A stretch of 32,000 nt of DNA from Cupriavidus necator (GCF_016127575.1 NZ_CP066018.1:1170001-1202000); one strand, 5' to 3'. Positions 18,870-27,426 are shown, numbered from the stretch's first letter. Made by a program: numbers and translations. Notes: a model not told the origin generated them from the letters alone.

Positions 18870-19406
18870 ATGACCACTGCTGCCCCTGCCACCAAATCCT
18901 CCCGCAAGCCCTGGCCCATCGTCGCGGCCGTGGTCGTGCTCGCGCTGCTGGGCTGGTTCGGCTACCGCGCGCTGGCGCCGGCCAATACGGCCCCGGCGGC
19001 CACCTTCACGCTGCTGTCGGGCGAGAAGGTCAGCACCGCCGACCTCAAGGGCAAGGTCTACATGATCAACTTCTGGGCCACCAGCTGCGCCACCTGCGTC
19101 AAGGAAATGCCTGACATGGTCCGCACCTATGAGCAGTTCAAGGGCAAGGGGCTGGAATTCGTCGCCGTGGCGATGAACTACGACCCGCCCATGTATGTAA
19201 TGAACTACGCCAGGACGCGCGGCCTGCCGTTCAAGGTGGCGATGGATTCCGACGGCACCGCGGCCAGGGCCTTCGGCAATGTGCAGCTGACGCCGACCAC
19301 CTTCGTGGTCGACAAGGACGGCCGCATCCTGAAGCGCTATGTGGGCGAGCCCGAGTGGGATGCGCTGCACAAGCTGCTGGATGGCGCGCTGGCAAAGTCC
19401 GCGTAA
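18870..19406 (+). CDS. TlpA/ResA-family periplasmic thiol:disulfide oxidoreductase (178 aa)
   Basis: ORF 18870..19406. It has an N-terminal membrane anchor (WPIVAAVVVLALLGWFGY) and a redoxin motif (INFWATSCATCVKEMP), plus ...TPTTFVVDKDGRILKRYVGE. Confidence 0.85.
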   Translation: MTTAAPATKSSRKPWPIVAAVVVLALLGWFGYRALAPANTAPAATFTLLSGEKVSTADLKGKVYMINFWATSCATCVKEMPDMVRTYEQFKGKGLEFVAVAMNYDPPMYVMNYARTRGLPFKVAMDSDGTAARAFGNVQLTPTTFVVDKDGRILKRYVGEPEWDALHKLLDGALAKSA

Positions 19407-19428
19407 CGCTCCCGCGGCAACCGCAGCG

Positions 19429-19462
19429 AAAAGGTGCTCATCGAGCACCTTTTTCTGTTTTT
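19429..19462 (+). terminator. Rho-independent terminator after the TlpA-like gene
   Basis: AAAAGGTGCTC-ATC-GAGCACCTTTT followed by TCTGTTTTT. Confidence 0.75.
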
Positions 19463-19499
19463 GCGCACGATCGCTAGGGCAGCAGGTTGCGCGACATCC

Positions 19500-19515
19500 C
19501 TGTATGGATATACAG
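19500..19515. promoter_or_regulatory. LexA (SOS) box
   Basis: CTGTATGGATATACAG is a perfect CTGT-N8-ACAG with the extended CTGTAT/ATACAG arms of the beta/gamma-proteobacterial consensus. It lies ~50 nt upstream of the helicase start. Confidence 0.6.
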
Positions 19516-19565
19516 TTGGCGCCAGCCTTTTTCTGAGTTTTCCGAGCCTTCCCCGAGCCCCGCCT

Positions 19566-21665
19566 GTGACTTTGGACCTAGCCCCCGCCGCCGACCTCGC
19601 TGCCCCTGGAGCCGATGATGTCCCCGCCTACCTGTCCCGGCTCAACCCGGAGCAGCGCGCCGCGGTGGAACACGGCAGCGACGCGCCGCTGCTGATCATC
19701 GCCGGCGCCGGCTCGGGCAAGACCAATACGCTGGCGCACCGGGTCGCGCACCTGGTGCTGGCCGGCGCCGATCCGCGACGCATCCTGCTGCTGACGTTCT
19801 CGCGCCGCGCCGCGGCGGAGATGGGACGGCGCGTCGAGCGCATCGTCGACCAGGCGCTCGGCACCCAGACCGGCGCGGGGCGCGCGGCGCTGCAGTGGTC
19901 CGGCACCTTCCACGCCATCGGCGCGCGCCTGCTGCGCGAATACGCCGAGACCCTGGGCCTGTCGCCCGCCTTCACCATCAGCGACCGCGGCGATGCCGCC
20001 GACCTGATGCACGTGGTGCGCCACGACCTGGGCCTGTCGGAGACCGCCAGCCGCTTCCCGAAGAAGGAAACCTGCCTGGCGATCTACTCGCGCGTGGTCA
20101 ACACCCAGGCGCCGCTGGAAGACGTGCTCAAGCAGCAGTTCCCGCGCTACGCGATGTGGGCGGATGCGCTGCGCACCCTGTTCGCCGGCTATGTCGAGGC
20201 CAAGCAGAAGCAGCATGTGCTGGACTATGACGACCTGCTGCTGTACTGGGCGCAGGCCATGGCCGAGCCCACCATCGCGCAGGACATGGGCGCGCGCTTC
20301 GACCACGTGCTGGTCGACGAATACCAGGACACCAATGCGCTGCAGGCGTCGATCCTGCTGGCCATGCGGCCGGACGGCCGCGGCCTGACCGTGGTGGGAG
20401 ACGACGCGCAGTCGATCTACGCCTTCCGCGGCGCCACCGTGCGCAATATCCTGGACTTCCCGGCGCAGTTCACGCCGGCCGCGCAGCAGGTCACGCTGTC
20501 GCAGAACTACCGCTCGACGCAGCCGATCCTGCAGGCCGCCAACGCCGTGATCGGGCTGGCGGCCGAGCGCTATACCAAGGACCTGTGGTCCGAGCGCGCC
20601 TCGGCCGAAAAGCCCGGCGTGATCGTGGTCAACGATGAGGCCGACCAGGCCCGCTACGTGGTCGAGCAGGTGCTGGCGCGGCGCGAGGCCGGCCTGACGC
20701 TGATGGCACAGGCGGTGCTGTTCCGCGCCGCCGACCACAGCGCGCAGGTAGAGATCGAGCTGGCCCGGCGCAATATCCCGTTCGTGAAGTTCGGCGGGCT
20801 GAAATTCCTGGAATCGACCCACGTCAAGGACGCGCTGGCGGTGGTGCGCTGGCTGGAGAACCCGCGCGACCGCATGGCGGGCTTCCGCACGCTGCAGCTG
20901 CTGCCCGGCATCGGCCCCAAGACCGCGGCGCGCGTGCTCGATGCGCTGGCGCTGGCCACCGAGCCCTTGTTCTCGCTGGAGCAATTCGAGCCGCCGCCGG
21001 CCGCAGCGCCCGCCTGGGCCGACCTGCTGGCGCTGGCGCGCGCGCTGATGGCGCCCACCTCGCCGTGGCCGTCGGAGTTCGAGCAAGTGCTGGCCTGGTA
21101 CGCGCCGCACCTGGAGCGCCTGCACGACGATGCCGCCGCGCGCCAGGCCGACCTGCAGCAGCTGGAGCGCATCGCCGCCACCTACGGCGCGCGCGAGCGC
21201 TTCCTGACCGAACTGACGCTGGACCCGCCCAGCGCCTCCAGCGACGAATCCGGCGTGCCCTCGCGCGACGAGGACTACCTGATCCTGTCGACCATCCACT
21301 CGGCCAAGGGCCAGGAATGGAAGGCGGTGTACGTGCTCAATGCGGTTGACGGCTGCATGCCGAGCGACCTGGCGACCGGCACCACCGAAGAGATCGAGGA
21401 AGAACGGCGGCTGCTCTATGTGGCAATGACGCGGGCCAGGGACCACCTGGACATCGTGGTGCCGCAGCGCTTCTACGTGCACCAGCAGGTGGGCTTCGGC
21501 GACCGGCATGTGTATGCGTCGCGCACGCGCTTCCTGCCCAACCGCGTGATGCCCAACTTCTACAGCCGCTCGTGGCCACCCCCGCCGATGCCGGGCGAAG
21601 GGCCGGCCAGACCCGCGCTGGCGCCGGTGGACCTGGCCAGCCGGATGCGGAATATGTGGCGCTGA
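19566..21665 (+). CDS. UvrD/Rep/PcrA-family ATP-dependent DNA helicase (~699 aa)
   Basis: ORF 19434..21665. The track start lies inside the upstream terminator. The first plausible in-frame start is GTG 19566, since no in-frame ATG precedes the conserved N-terminus. Motifs: AGAGSGKTNTL (Walker A), VDEYQDTN, VVGDDAQSIYAFRGA, NYRSTQPIL, LSTIHSAKGQEWKAVYV, RRLLYVAMTRAR. The start is uncertain by a few codons. Confidence 0.85.
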   Translation: MTLDLAPAADLAAPGADDVPAYLSRLNPEQRAAVEHGSDAPLLIIAGAGSGKTNTLAHRVAHLVLAGADPRRILLLTFSRRAAAEMGRRVERIVDQALGTQTGAGRAALQWSGTFHAIGARLLREYAETLGLSPAFTISDRGDAADLMHVVRHDLGLSETASRFPKKETCLAIYSRVVNTQAPLEDVLKQQFPRYAMWADALRTLFAGYVEAKQKQHVLDYDDLLLYWAQAMAEPTIAQDMGARFDHVLVDEYQDTNALQASILLAMRPDGRGLTVVGDDAQSIYAFRGATVRNILDFPAQFTPAAQQVTLSQNYRSTQPILQAANAVIGLAAERYTKDLWSERASAEKPGVIVVNDEADQARYVVEQVLARREAGLTLMAQAVLFRAADHSAQVEIELARRNIPFVKFGGLKFLESTHVKDALAVVRWLENPRDRMAGFRTLQLLPGIGPKTAARVLDALALATEPLFSLEQFEPPPAAAPAWADLLALARALMAPTSPWPSEFEQVLAWYAPHLERLHDDAAARQADLQQLERIAATYGARERFLTELTLDPPSASSDESGVPSRDEDYLILSTIHSAKGQEWKAVYVLNAVDGCMPSDLATGTTEEIEEERRLLYVAMTRARDHLDIVVPQRFYVHQQVGFGDRHVYASRTRFLPNRVMPNFYSRSWPPPPMPGEGPARPALAPVDLASRMRNMWR

Positions 21666-21676
21666 CCAGCGCCACA
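21655..21676. terminator. hairpin between convergent helicase and rlmI genes
   Basis: TGTGGCGC-TGACCA-GCGCCACA. The helicase TGA stop sits in the loop, and only 19 nt separate the two stops. No clear U tracts. Confidence 0.4.
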
Positions 21677-21684
21677 CATCCGTC

Positions 21685-22881
21685 TTACGCTACCTTCTCC
21701 AGCAGCAAACCCTTGAGGTACTCGCCTTCCGGGAATGCCGCCAGCATCGGGTGATCCGTGCCGGCCGACAGCCGCCGCAGGATGCGTGCATCGGCGCGCG
21801 CATCGGTCACCGCGCCCGCCACGATCTTCTGGAACAGCTCCATGCTGATCGCGCCCGAGCACGAGTAGGTAAACAGCAGCCCGCCCGGGCGCAGCAGCTG
21901 CATGCCGACCAGGTTGATTTCCTTGTAGGCGCGCGCGGCGCGGTCGATATGCTGCGCCGACGGGGCGAACTTGGGCGGGTCCAGCACGATCAGGTCGAAC
22001 TGGCGGCCCTCGGCGCGGAATTCACGCAGGGTCTTGAACACGTCGGCATCGAGCCAGGTGGCACGCTCGGGTTCGAAGCCGTTGAGCGTGACATTGCCAG
22101 CGGCGATCTTCAGCGCCTCGCCCGACGAATCGATCGAGGTCACCGAGGTGGCGCCGCCGCGCAGCGCCGCCAGCGAGAAGCCGCCGGTATAGCAGAAGCA
22201 GTTCAGCACCTCGCGCCCGGCGGCCAGGTCGCCCACCAGCTTGCGGTTGTCGCGCTGGTCGACATAGAAGCCGGTCTTGTGGCCGTTGCGCACGTCGACG
22301 TAGTAGCGCACGCCGTGCTCGGTGACCGACAGCGCCGGATCCGGCTCGGCGCCGGCCAGCACCCCGGTCACCAGCTCCAGGCCTTCGCGCTGGCGCACGG
22401 CGGCGTCGGAACGCTCATAGACGTTGGGGCAGCCGGTTTCCTTGACCAGTGCCTGCACGATCGCGGTCTTCCAGTGTTCCACGCCGGCCGAATTGAACTG
22501 GCACACCAGCTGGCCCTTATCACCGTTGCCGTAGTAGTCGACGATCAGGCCGGGCAGCCGGTCGGATTCGCCGAAGATCAGCCGCACTGCGTCGCTGTCC
22601 TTCACCCATTGGCGCCGGTAGGCAACGGCCGCGGCCACGCGGCGCTTGAACAGGGCGTGGTCGACCGGCTCGTTTTCATCGAAGGTCCACGCGCGCGCGC
22701 GGATCTGCGACTCGGGGCTGTAGGCGGCCTTGGCCAGGAAGCGGCCGTCGGCGGCGCGCACGATCACGGTCGCGCCCGGCTCGCAGCGCCCTTCGGTCGT
22801 GGCAATGCCGGTGGCGTAGATCCACGGGTGGCGGCGCAGCAGGGATTTTTCCTTGCCGGGTTTCAGGGTGATGGTGTTCAT
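21685..22881 (-). CDS. rlmI: class I SAM-dependent 23S rRNA (m5C) methyltransferase, RlmI-like (398 aa)
   Basis: ORF 21685..23073(-) trimmed to ATG 22879-22881. MNTITLKPGKEKSLLRRHPWIY is a PUA-like N-terminus. The methyltransferase core contains VLNCFCYTGGFSLAA, LDPPKF and TYSCSG. Confidence 0.85.
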   Translation of the reverse strand: MNTITLKPGKEKSLLRRHPWIYATGIATTEGRCEPGATVIVRAADGRFLAKAAYSPESQIRARAWTFDENEPVDHALFKRRVAAAVAYRRQWVKDSDAVRLIFGESDRLPGLIVDYYGNGDKGQLVCQFNSAGVEHWKTAIVQALVKETGCPNVYERSDAAVRQREGLELVTGVLAGAEPDPALSVTEHGVRYYVDVRNGHKTGFYVDQRDNRKLVGDLAAGREVLNCFCYTGGFSLAALRGGATSVTSIDSSGEALKIAAGNVTLNGFEPERATWLDADVFKTLREFRAEGRQFDLIVLDPPKFAPSAQHIDRAARAYKEINLVGMQLLRPGGLLFTYSCSGAISMELFQKIVAGAVTDARADARILRRLSAGTDHPMLAAFPEGEYLKGLLLEKVA

Positions 22882-22942
22882 GTTGGTATGGGGAAACTGC
22901 AGACCACCAGCAATTGAAACTGGCGCGAACGCATCAAGGCGA

Positions 22943-22972
22943 CTCCCCTCTCCCGCGCGCGGGAGAGGGGAG
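22943..22972. repeat. perfect 30-nt palindrome (REP-like)
   Basis: CTCCCCTCTCCCGCG/CGCGGGAGAGGGGAG lies between the ybeD stop and the rlmI start. A-run/T-run flanks are on the wrong side for a canonical minus-strand terminator. Confidence 0.6.
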
Positions 22973-22994
22973 AAAACAATGCGGGAAGGACAGG

Positions 22995-23300
22995 TTAGAG
23001 GACGACCTTCACCATCGGATGCGAAGTCAGCGCCCGATACAAGTCGTCGAGCTGCTCGCGGCTGGTGACCCACACCGTCACGGTCAGGCCCAGGTAGTTG
23101 CCGCCGCTGGAGGGGCGCATTTCCATCTTGCCGGCGTGGAAGTCGGGATCGAACTCCTGCACCAGCGTGACGATGGCCTCGGCAAAGCCGTCCTGCATCG
23201 CGCCCATCACCTTGATGGGAAAGTGGCTGGGGTATTCGATCAGCGACTGCTCCGGCGGGATGTCGCCCGGCTTGTTGCTGCCTTGCTTGTCGGTTGTCAT
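22995..23300 (-). CDS. ybeD: YbeD/DUF493 (UPF0250) family protein (101 aa)
   Basis: ORF 22995..23300(-), GGAGAA Shine-Dalgarno. It contains ...IEYPSHFPIKVMGA...LGLTVTVWVTSREQLDDLYRALTSHPMVKVVL. It has the classical position downstream of a dacA-type gene. Confidence 0.85.
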   Translation of the reverse strand: MTTDKQGSNKPGDIPPEQSLIEYPSHFPIKVMGAMQDGFAEAIVTLVQEFDPDFHAGKMEMRPSSGGNYLGLTVTVWVTSREQLDDLYRALTSHPMVKVVL

Positions 23301-23321
23301 GTCGGATTCTCCGGCACGAAA

Positions 23322-23345
23322 CCGGCGCGCCGCATGGCGCGCCGG
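23322..23345 (-). terminator. GC-rich hairpin between the carboxypeptidase gene and ybeD (attenuator or weak terminator)
   Basis: CCGGCGCGCC-GCAT-GGCGCGCCGG, a 10-bp stem. Only TTT follows it on the minus strand. Confidence 0.45.
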
Positions 23346-23361
23346 CTTACGCGCATTCAGG

Positions 23362-24561
23362 TCACTTGCGCTTGAACCACAGGCGGATGGTGTCCCACAG
23401 GCGGCCGAAGAAGCCGGCCTCGGGCACTTCTTCCAGCGCCACCACCGGGAACTCCGCCACCTTGTTGGTGCCGTCCATCAGCTTGACCATGCCCACCTGC
23501 TGGCCTGCCGAGATCGGCGCGATCAGCAGTTCCTGGCGCTCCAGCACCGGCTTGAGGCGTCCGCCGGTGCCCTTGGGCACGGTGACGAAGGTCTCGTTCT
23601 GCACGCCGATCTTGACCGTGCCGCTCTTGCCCTTGTAGATGTCCGGCGTGGCCAGCACCTGGCCCTTGTCGTACAGGCGCAGCGTGTCGAAGAACTGGAA
23701 GCCGTAGTTGAGGATCTTCAGGCTTTCCTGGGTGCGCACCTGTTCGGTGGTGGTGCCGATCACGATCGAGATCAGGCGGCGCGAGCCGTCCGGCACGTTG
23801 GCCAGCGGCCGCTTGGCCGACGAGATCAGGCAGTAGCCGGCGGACTTGGTGTGGCCGGTCTTGACGCCGTCCACGGTCGGGTCGATGTACAGCAGGCGGT
23901 TGCGGTTGGGCTGCCTGATCTTGTTATAGGTGAACTCCTTCTGCGAGTACATGGCGTAGTACTCGGGAAAGTCCTTGATCAGGCGCGTGGTCAGCGTGGC
24001 CAGGTCGACCGCGGTGGTGTAGTGGTTCGGGTCGGGAATGCCGTCGGTGTTGGTGAAGTGGGTGTTCTTCATGCCCATGCGCTGGGCCTCGCGGTTCATC
24101 ATCGCGACGAAGCCCTCTTCCGAGCCGCCCACGGCTTCGGCCAGCGCCAGCGCGGCGTCGTTGCCCGACTGCACGATCAGGCCCAGCAGCAGGTCCTGCA
24201 CGGTGACCGGCTTGTTGGGCTCGATGAACATGCGCGACTCGTCGCTTTTGACCTTGAGCACCACGCTGGTCGGCACCACCGCCTGGTCCAGCGTCAGGCG
24301 CTTTTCCTTGAGTGCCTCGAACGCCAGGTAGGCGGTCATCAGCTTGGTCAGCGAGGCCGGCTCGATGCGCGCATCGGCATTCTGCGACGCCAGGGCCTGG
24401 CCGCTGGTCACGTCATACAGCATCCACGACTTGGCTGCGACTTGCGGCATCGGCACGCCCTGCGCCAGGACGGCGGCAGGCGCGGCGGCCAGCACGATGG
24501 CGGCGGCGATGGCGGCGGGAGCAAAAGCGGACGAAAGGCGTGTCGTGGCTCGATTCAGCAT
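23362..24561 (-). CDS. dacC: D-alanyl-D-alanine carboxypeptidase, PBP5/6 (S11) family (399 aa)
   Basis: ORF 23362..24963(-) trimmed to ATG 24559-24561 (MLNRATTRLSSAFAPAAIAAAIVLAAAPAAVLA, a signal peptide). Motifs: SLTK (SxxK), SGND (SxN), KTGHT (KTG). The choice of symbol between the dacA and dacC paralogues is arbitrary. Confidence 0.9.
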   Translation of the reverse strand: MLNRATTRLSSAFAPAAIAAAIVLAAAPAAVLAQGVPMPQVAAKSWMLYDVTSGQALASQNADARIEPASLTKLMTAYLAFEALKEKRLTLDQAVVPTSVVLKVKSDESRMFIEPNKPVTVQDLLLGLIVQSGNDAALALAEAVGGSEEGFVAMMNREAQRMGMKNTHFTNTDGIPDPNHYTTAVDLATLTTRLIKDFPEYYAMYSQKEFTYNKIRQPNRNRLLYIDPTVDGVKTGHTKSAGYCLISSAKRPLANVPDGSRRLISIVIGTTTEQVRTQESLKILNYGFQFFDTLRLYDKGQVLATPDIYKGKSGTVKIGVQNETFVTVPKGTGGRLKPVLERQELLIAPISAGQQVGMVKLMDGTNKVAEFPVVALEEVPEAGFFGRLWDTIRLWFKRK

Positions 24562-24623
24562 GTTTCTGTTTTCCGACAGTAAGAAGGTGGCGCGGGGATG
24601 GTCCGGGTGGCGGCGTGCCGGCC

Positions 24624-25265
24624 TCACCGGTCCCACGCATTGACGACGAGCTGCTTGATCAGGTGCAGCTTGCGGTGAAAGAAATGGTCGGCGCCGGGGA
24701 TCACGATCACCGGCAGCTCCTGCGGGCGGGCCCAGTCGAACACGCTGGCCAGCGGCACGGTGTCGTCCTGTTCGCCATGGATCACGATGGTGTCGGCCGG
24801 CACCTCGGCTACCTGCCAGCGGCTGGCGGCGGTGCCCACCAGCACCAGGCGCTGCGCGGGCGTGCCGGCCTCGGCCAGGCGGCGCGCCACGTGGGTGGTG
24901 ACGAAGCTGCCGAACGAGAACCCGCCCATGGCCAGCGGCAGCGTTGCGGCCTGTGCCGACCACGCGGTCTGCTGGCGCATCCAGGCCACCACGGCCAGCA
25001 GGTCGTCCTGCTCGGCGATGCCGTTGTCATGCTCGCCGGCGCTGCCGCCGACGCCGCGGAAGTTGGGGCGCACCGTGGCATAGCCCAGTTGCACGAAGCT
25101 GCGCGCCAGCGTCTGCGCGACCTTGTTGTCCTTGGTGCCGCCGAACAGCGGATGCGGATGCGCTACCAGCGCCAGGCCGCGCGGCTCACCTTGCGGCAGG
25201 TCTACCGAGAGATCGATCGCACCGGCGGGACCGGCGATGGAAAGTACCTGGGTATGCGCGTTCAT
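24624..25265 (-). CDS. alpha/beta-fold hydrolase (COG2945-like, 213 aa)
   Basis: ORF 24624..25355(-) trimmed to ATG 25263-25265. It contains HPHPLFGGTKDNKV, the nucleophile elbow GGFSFGS, ...HGEQDDTVP... and ...GADHFF. Confidence 0.8.
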   Translation of the reverse strand: MNAHTQVLSIAGPAGAIDLSVDLPQGEPRGLALVAHPHPLFGGTKDNKVAQTLARSFVQLGYATVRPNFRGVGGSAGEHDNGIAEQDDLLAVVAWMRQQTAWSAQAATLPLAMGGFSFGSFVTTHVARRLAEAGTPAQRLVLVGTAASRWQVAEVPADTIVIHGEQDDTVPLASVFDWARPQELPVIVIPGADHFFHRKLHLIKQLVVNAWDR

Positions 25266-25315
25266 GATGGCGGTCAGGATGGCGGTGAAGCCAGCGCCCG
25301 GCGGGAAGCCCGGGC

Positions 25316-25347
25316 AAAAATGAAAAAACCGTCCGGCTGGCGGGCGG
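25316..25347 (-). terminator. Rho-independent terminator-like element
   Basis: The minus strand reads CCGCCCG-CCAGC-CGGACGG (one mismatch) followed by TTTTTTCATTTTT. It lies only ~50 nt upstream of the hydrolase ATG. Confidence 0.45.
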
Positions 25348-25385
25348 CGGAGCAATACGGCAAAGCGGCAAAACAGGGAAGCAAC

Positions 25386-25405
25386 AAGCCGGCATGCGCC
25401 GGCTT
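25386..25405 (-). terminator. hairpin terminator after the ferredoxin-like gene
   Basis: AAGCCGGC-GCAT-GCCGGCTT on the minus strand, 9 nt after the stop, followed by GTTGCTTCCCTGTTTT. Confidence 0.5.
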
Positions 25406-25413
25406 CGGTTGGT

Positions 25414-25734
25414 TCAGCGGTCCACCATCAGCCGTTCGACAGGCTTGCCCTTCATCAGGTGGCTGTCGATGATTTCATCGATGTCGTGCTCGTCGACAAA
25501 GGTGTACCAGATGGCCTCGGGGTAGACCACCAGCACCGGGCCGAGTTCACAACGGTTCAGGCAGCCTGCCTTGTTGATGCGCACGCGGCCTTCGCCGCCG
25601 GCGATGCCCAGTTCCTTGCAACGCTTCTTGGCGTATTCCTGCATCGCCTGGGCGTTGTGGTTGGCGCAGCAGTTCTCGCCGGCCTCGCGCTGGTTCAGGC
25701 AGAAGAAGACGTGGTGCTGGTAGTAGCTGCTCAT
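25414..25734 (-). CDS. thioredoxin-like [2Fe-2S] ferredoxin domain protein (106 aa)
   Basis: This is the only credible part of the 762-aa ORF 25414..27702(-). ATG 25732-25734 gives MSSYYQHHVFFCLNQREAGENCCANHNAQAMQEYAKKRCKELGIAGGEGRVRINKAGCLNRCELGPVLVVYPE. The Cys pattern is typical of this family. A perfect TATAAT (minus) lies at 25802-25807. Confidence 0.8.
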   Translation of the reverse strand: MSSYYQHHVFFCLNQREAGENCCANHNAQAMQEYAKKRCKELGIAGGEGRVRINKAGCLNRCELGPVLVVYPEAIWYTFVDEHDIDEIIDSHLMKGKPVERLMVDR

Positions 25735-25913
25735 GCGTACGGTGTGAGAAGGCGGCCCCGGACGGCGGCACGGCCCGGACGGCATTGAACGGAAGCTCGG
25801 AATTATACGGTGTCGCGGCGGCATGGCCGCGATGGCGGCGCCCTGGCACGGCGGTCTAAGTTGCCGCCGGCCCCCATCGGGTGGCGCTTCGCGCACCTGC
25901 GATGCATCCGGCA

Positions 25914-25960
25914 TTCCGAAACCCCGGAGTCGCGCCGTCCGGATTTCCGGAATCCCGGAG
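25914..25960 (+). promoter_or_regulatory. candidate DctD-type upstream activating sequences
   Basis: Direct repeat TTCCGAAACCCCGGAG (25914-25929) and TTCCGGAATCCCGGAG (25945-25960), period 31 bp. The dyad CCGGA-TT-TCCGG lies between them. The element is 65-110 bp upstream of the -24 element. Confidence 0.4.
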
Positions 25961-26024
25961 GCCGCGCGCCCGTGCCGGGCCGGTGTTTCCTTGTGAATCA
26001 ACCAGTTAGCAATGCCGGTTTGAC

Positions 26025-26040
26025 TGGCACGGCGGTTGCG
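26025..26040 (+). promoter_or_regulatory. sigma-54 promoter of dctA
   Basis: TGGCAC-GGCGG-TTGCG, 88 nt upstream of the dctA ATG. A sigma-54 activator (DctD) is encoded in the same cluster. Confidence 0.7.
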
Positions 26041-26127
26041 AATTCCCGTCCCTGAACGCGCCGCAACCGTGACGGCGCGCGGCCCGAGCGATAGCGCCCG
26101 GGTACGGTCAACACCGAGGACGACATC

Positions 26128-27426
26128 ATGAGAAAACCCTTCTACAAGATCCTGTACGTGCAGGTCCTGTTCGCCATCTGCGTCGGCATCCTGCTCGGCC
26201 ACTACTGGCCCGACACCGGCGTGGCCATGAAGCCGCTCGGCGATGGCTTTATCAAGCTGATCAAGATGATCATCGGCCCGATCATCTTCTGCACCGTGGT
26301 GACCGGCATCGCCGGCATGAGCGACATGAAGAAGGTCGGCCGCGTCGGCGGCAAGGCGCTGCTGTACTTCGAGGTGGTGTCGACCTTCGCATTGCTGATC
26401 GGGCTGGGCGCCGCGCACCTGCTCAAGCCGGGCGTGGGCTTCAACATCGACCCGGCCACGCTGGACACCAAGGCGATTGCCCAGTACGTGTCCAAGGCGC
26501 ACGGCCAGAGCACGGTCGAGTTCCTGATGCACATCATCCCGGACACGGTCTTCAGCGCCTTCGCCAACGGCGACATCCTGCAGATCCTGCTGGTGTCGCT
26601 GTTCTTCGGCGCCGCGCTGGCCGTGCTCGGCGAACGCGCGCGCATCGTGGTGCAGCTGATCGAGCAGGTCTCCAAGGTGTTCTTCCATATCGTCCACGTG
26701 ATCACCAAGGTGGCCCCGATCGGCGCCTTCGGCGCGATGGCTTTCACCATCGGCAAGTACGGCCTGGGCTCGCTGGTGCCGCTGCTCAAGCTGATCGGCA
26801 CCTTCTACTTCACGGCCATCATCTTCGTGCTGGTGGTGCTGGGCACGATCGCACGCATGACCGGCTTCAGCATCGTGCGCTTCATCTCGTACATCAAGGA
26901 AGAGCTGCTGATCGTGCTGGGCACCAGCTCGTCGGAAGCGGCGCTGCCGCACATGATGGAGAAGCTGGAAAAGCTCGGCTGCTCGCGCTCGGTGGTGGGC
27001 CTGGTGGTGCCCACCGGCTATTCGTTCAACCTGGACGGCACCAACATCTACATGACGATGGCGGTGATCTTCATCGCGCAGGCCACCGGCATCGAGCTGA
27101 CGCTGATGCAGCAGCTGACCATCCTGGCGGTGGCGATGATCACCTCCAAGGGCGCCAGCGGCGTGACCGGCTCGGGCTTCATCACGCTGGCCGCGACGCT
27201 GGCGGTGGTGCCGACCATCCCCGTGGCGGGCATGGTGCTGATCCTCGGCATCGACCGCTTCATGAGCGAGTGCCGCGCGCTGACCAACATCATCGGCAAC
27301 GGCGTGGCCACGGTGGTGGTCTCGGCATGGGAGCGCGAGCTTGACCGCAAGCGCCTGGCCAGCGTGCTGAACGGCGGCAGCGGCGATGTGGCGGATCTTG
27401 CCGACGTGGGCCAGGGCGTCCGCTGA
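26128..27426 (+). CDS. dctA: C4-dicarboxylate:cation symporter DctA (432 aa)
   Basis: ORF 26128..27426. [64 protein letters not shown]... is canonical DAACS family sequence. Confidence 0.95.
   Translation: MRKPFYKILYVQVLFAICVGILLGHYWPDTGVAMKPLGDGFIKLIKMIIGPIIFCTVVTGIAGMSDMKKVGRVGGKALLYFEVVSTFALLIGLGAAHLLKPGVGFNIDPATLDTKAIAQYVSKAHGQSTVEFLMHIIPDTVFSAFANGDILQILLVSLFFGAALAVLGERARIVVQLIEQVSKVFFHIVHVITKVAPIGAFGAMAFTIGKYGLGSLVPLLKLIGTFYFTAIIFVLVVLGTIARMTGFSIVRFISYIKEELLIVLGTSSSEAALPHMMEKLEKLGCSRSVVGLVVPTGYSFNLDGTNIYMTMAVIFIAQATGIELTLMQQLTILAVAMITSKGASGVTGSGFITLAATLAVVPTIPVAGMVLILGIDRFMSECRALTNIIGNGVATVVVSAWERELDRKRLASVLNGGSGDVADLADVGQGVR

Noticed and set aside
19578-21677. 699-aa minus-strand ORF opposite the UvrD-like helicase
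   Set aside because: This is a mirror-frame artefact. It has no motifs and an Arg/Gly-rich composition, whereas the plus-strand frame carries all the SF1 helicase motifs.
25752-25782. Direct repeat GGCCC(C)GGACGGC ... GGCCCGGACGGC just upstream of the ferredoxin-like gene
   Set aside because: It is short, imperfect and GC-rich, in a GC-rich 5' UTR. I cannot distinguish it from chance, and no associated motif is recognised.
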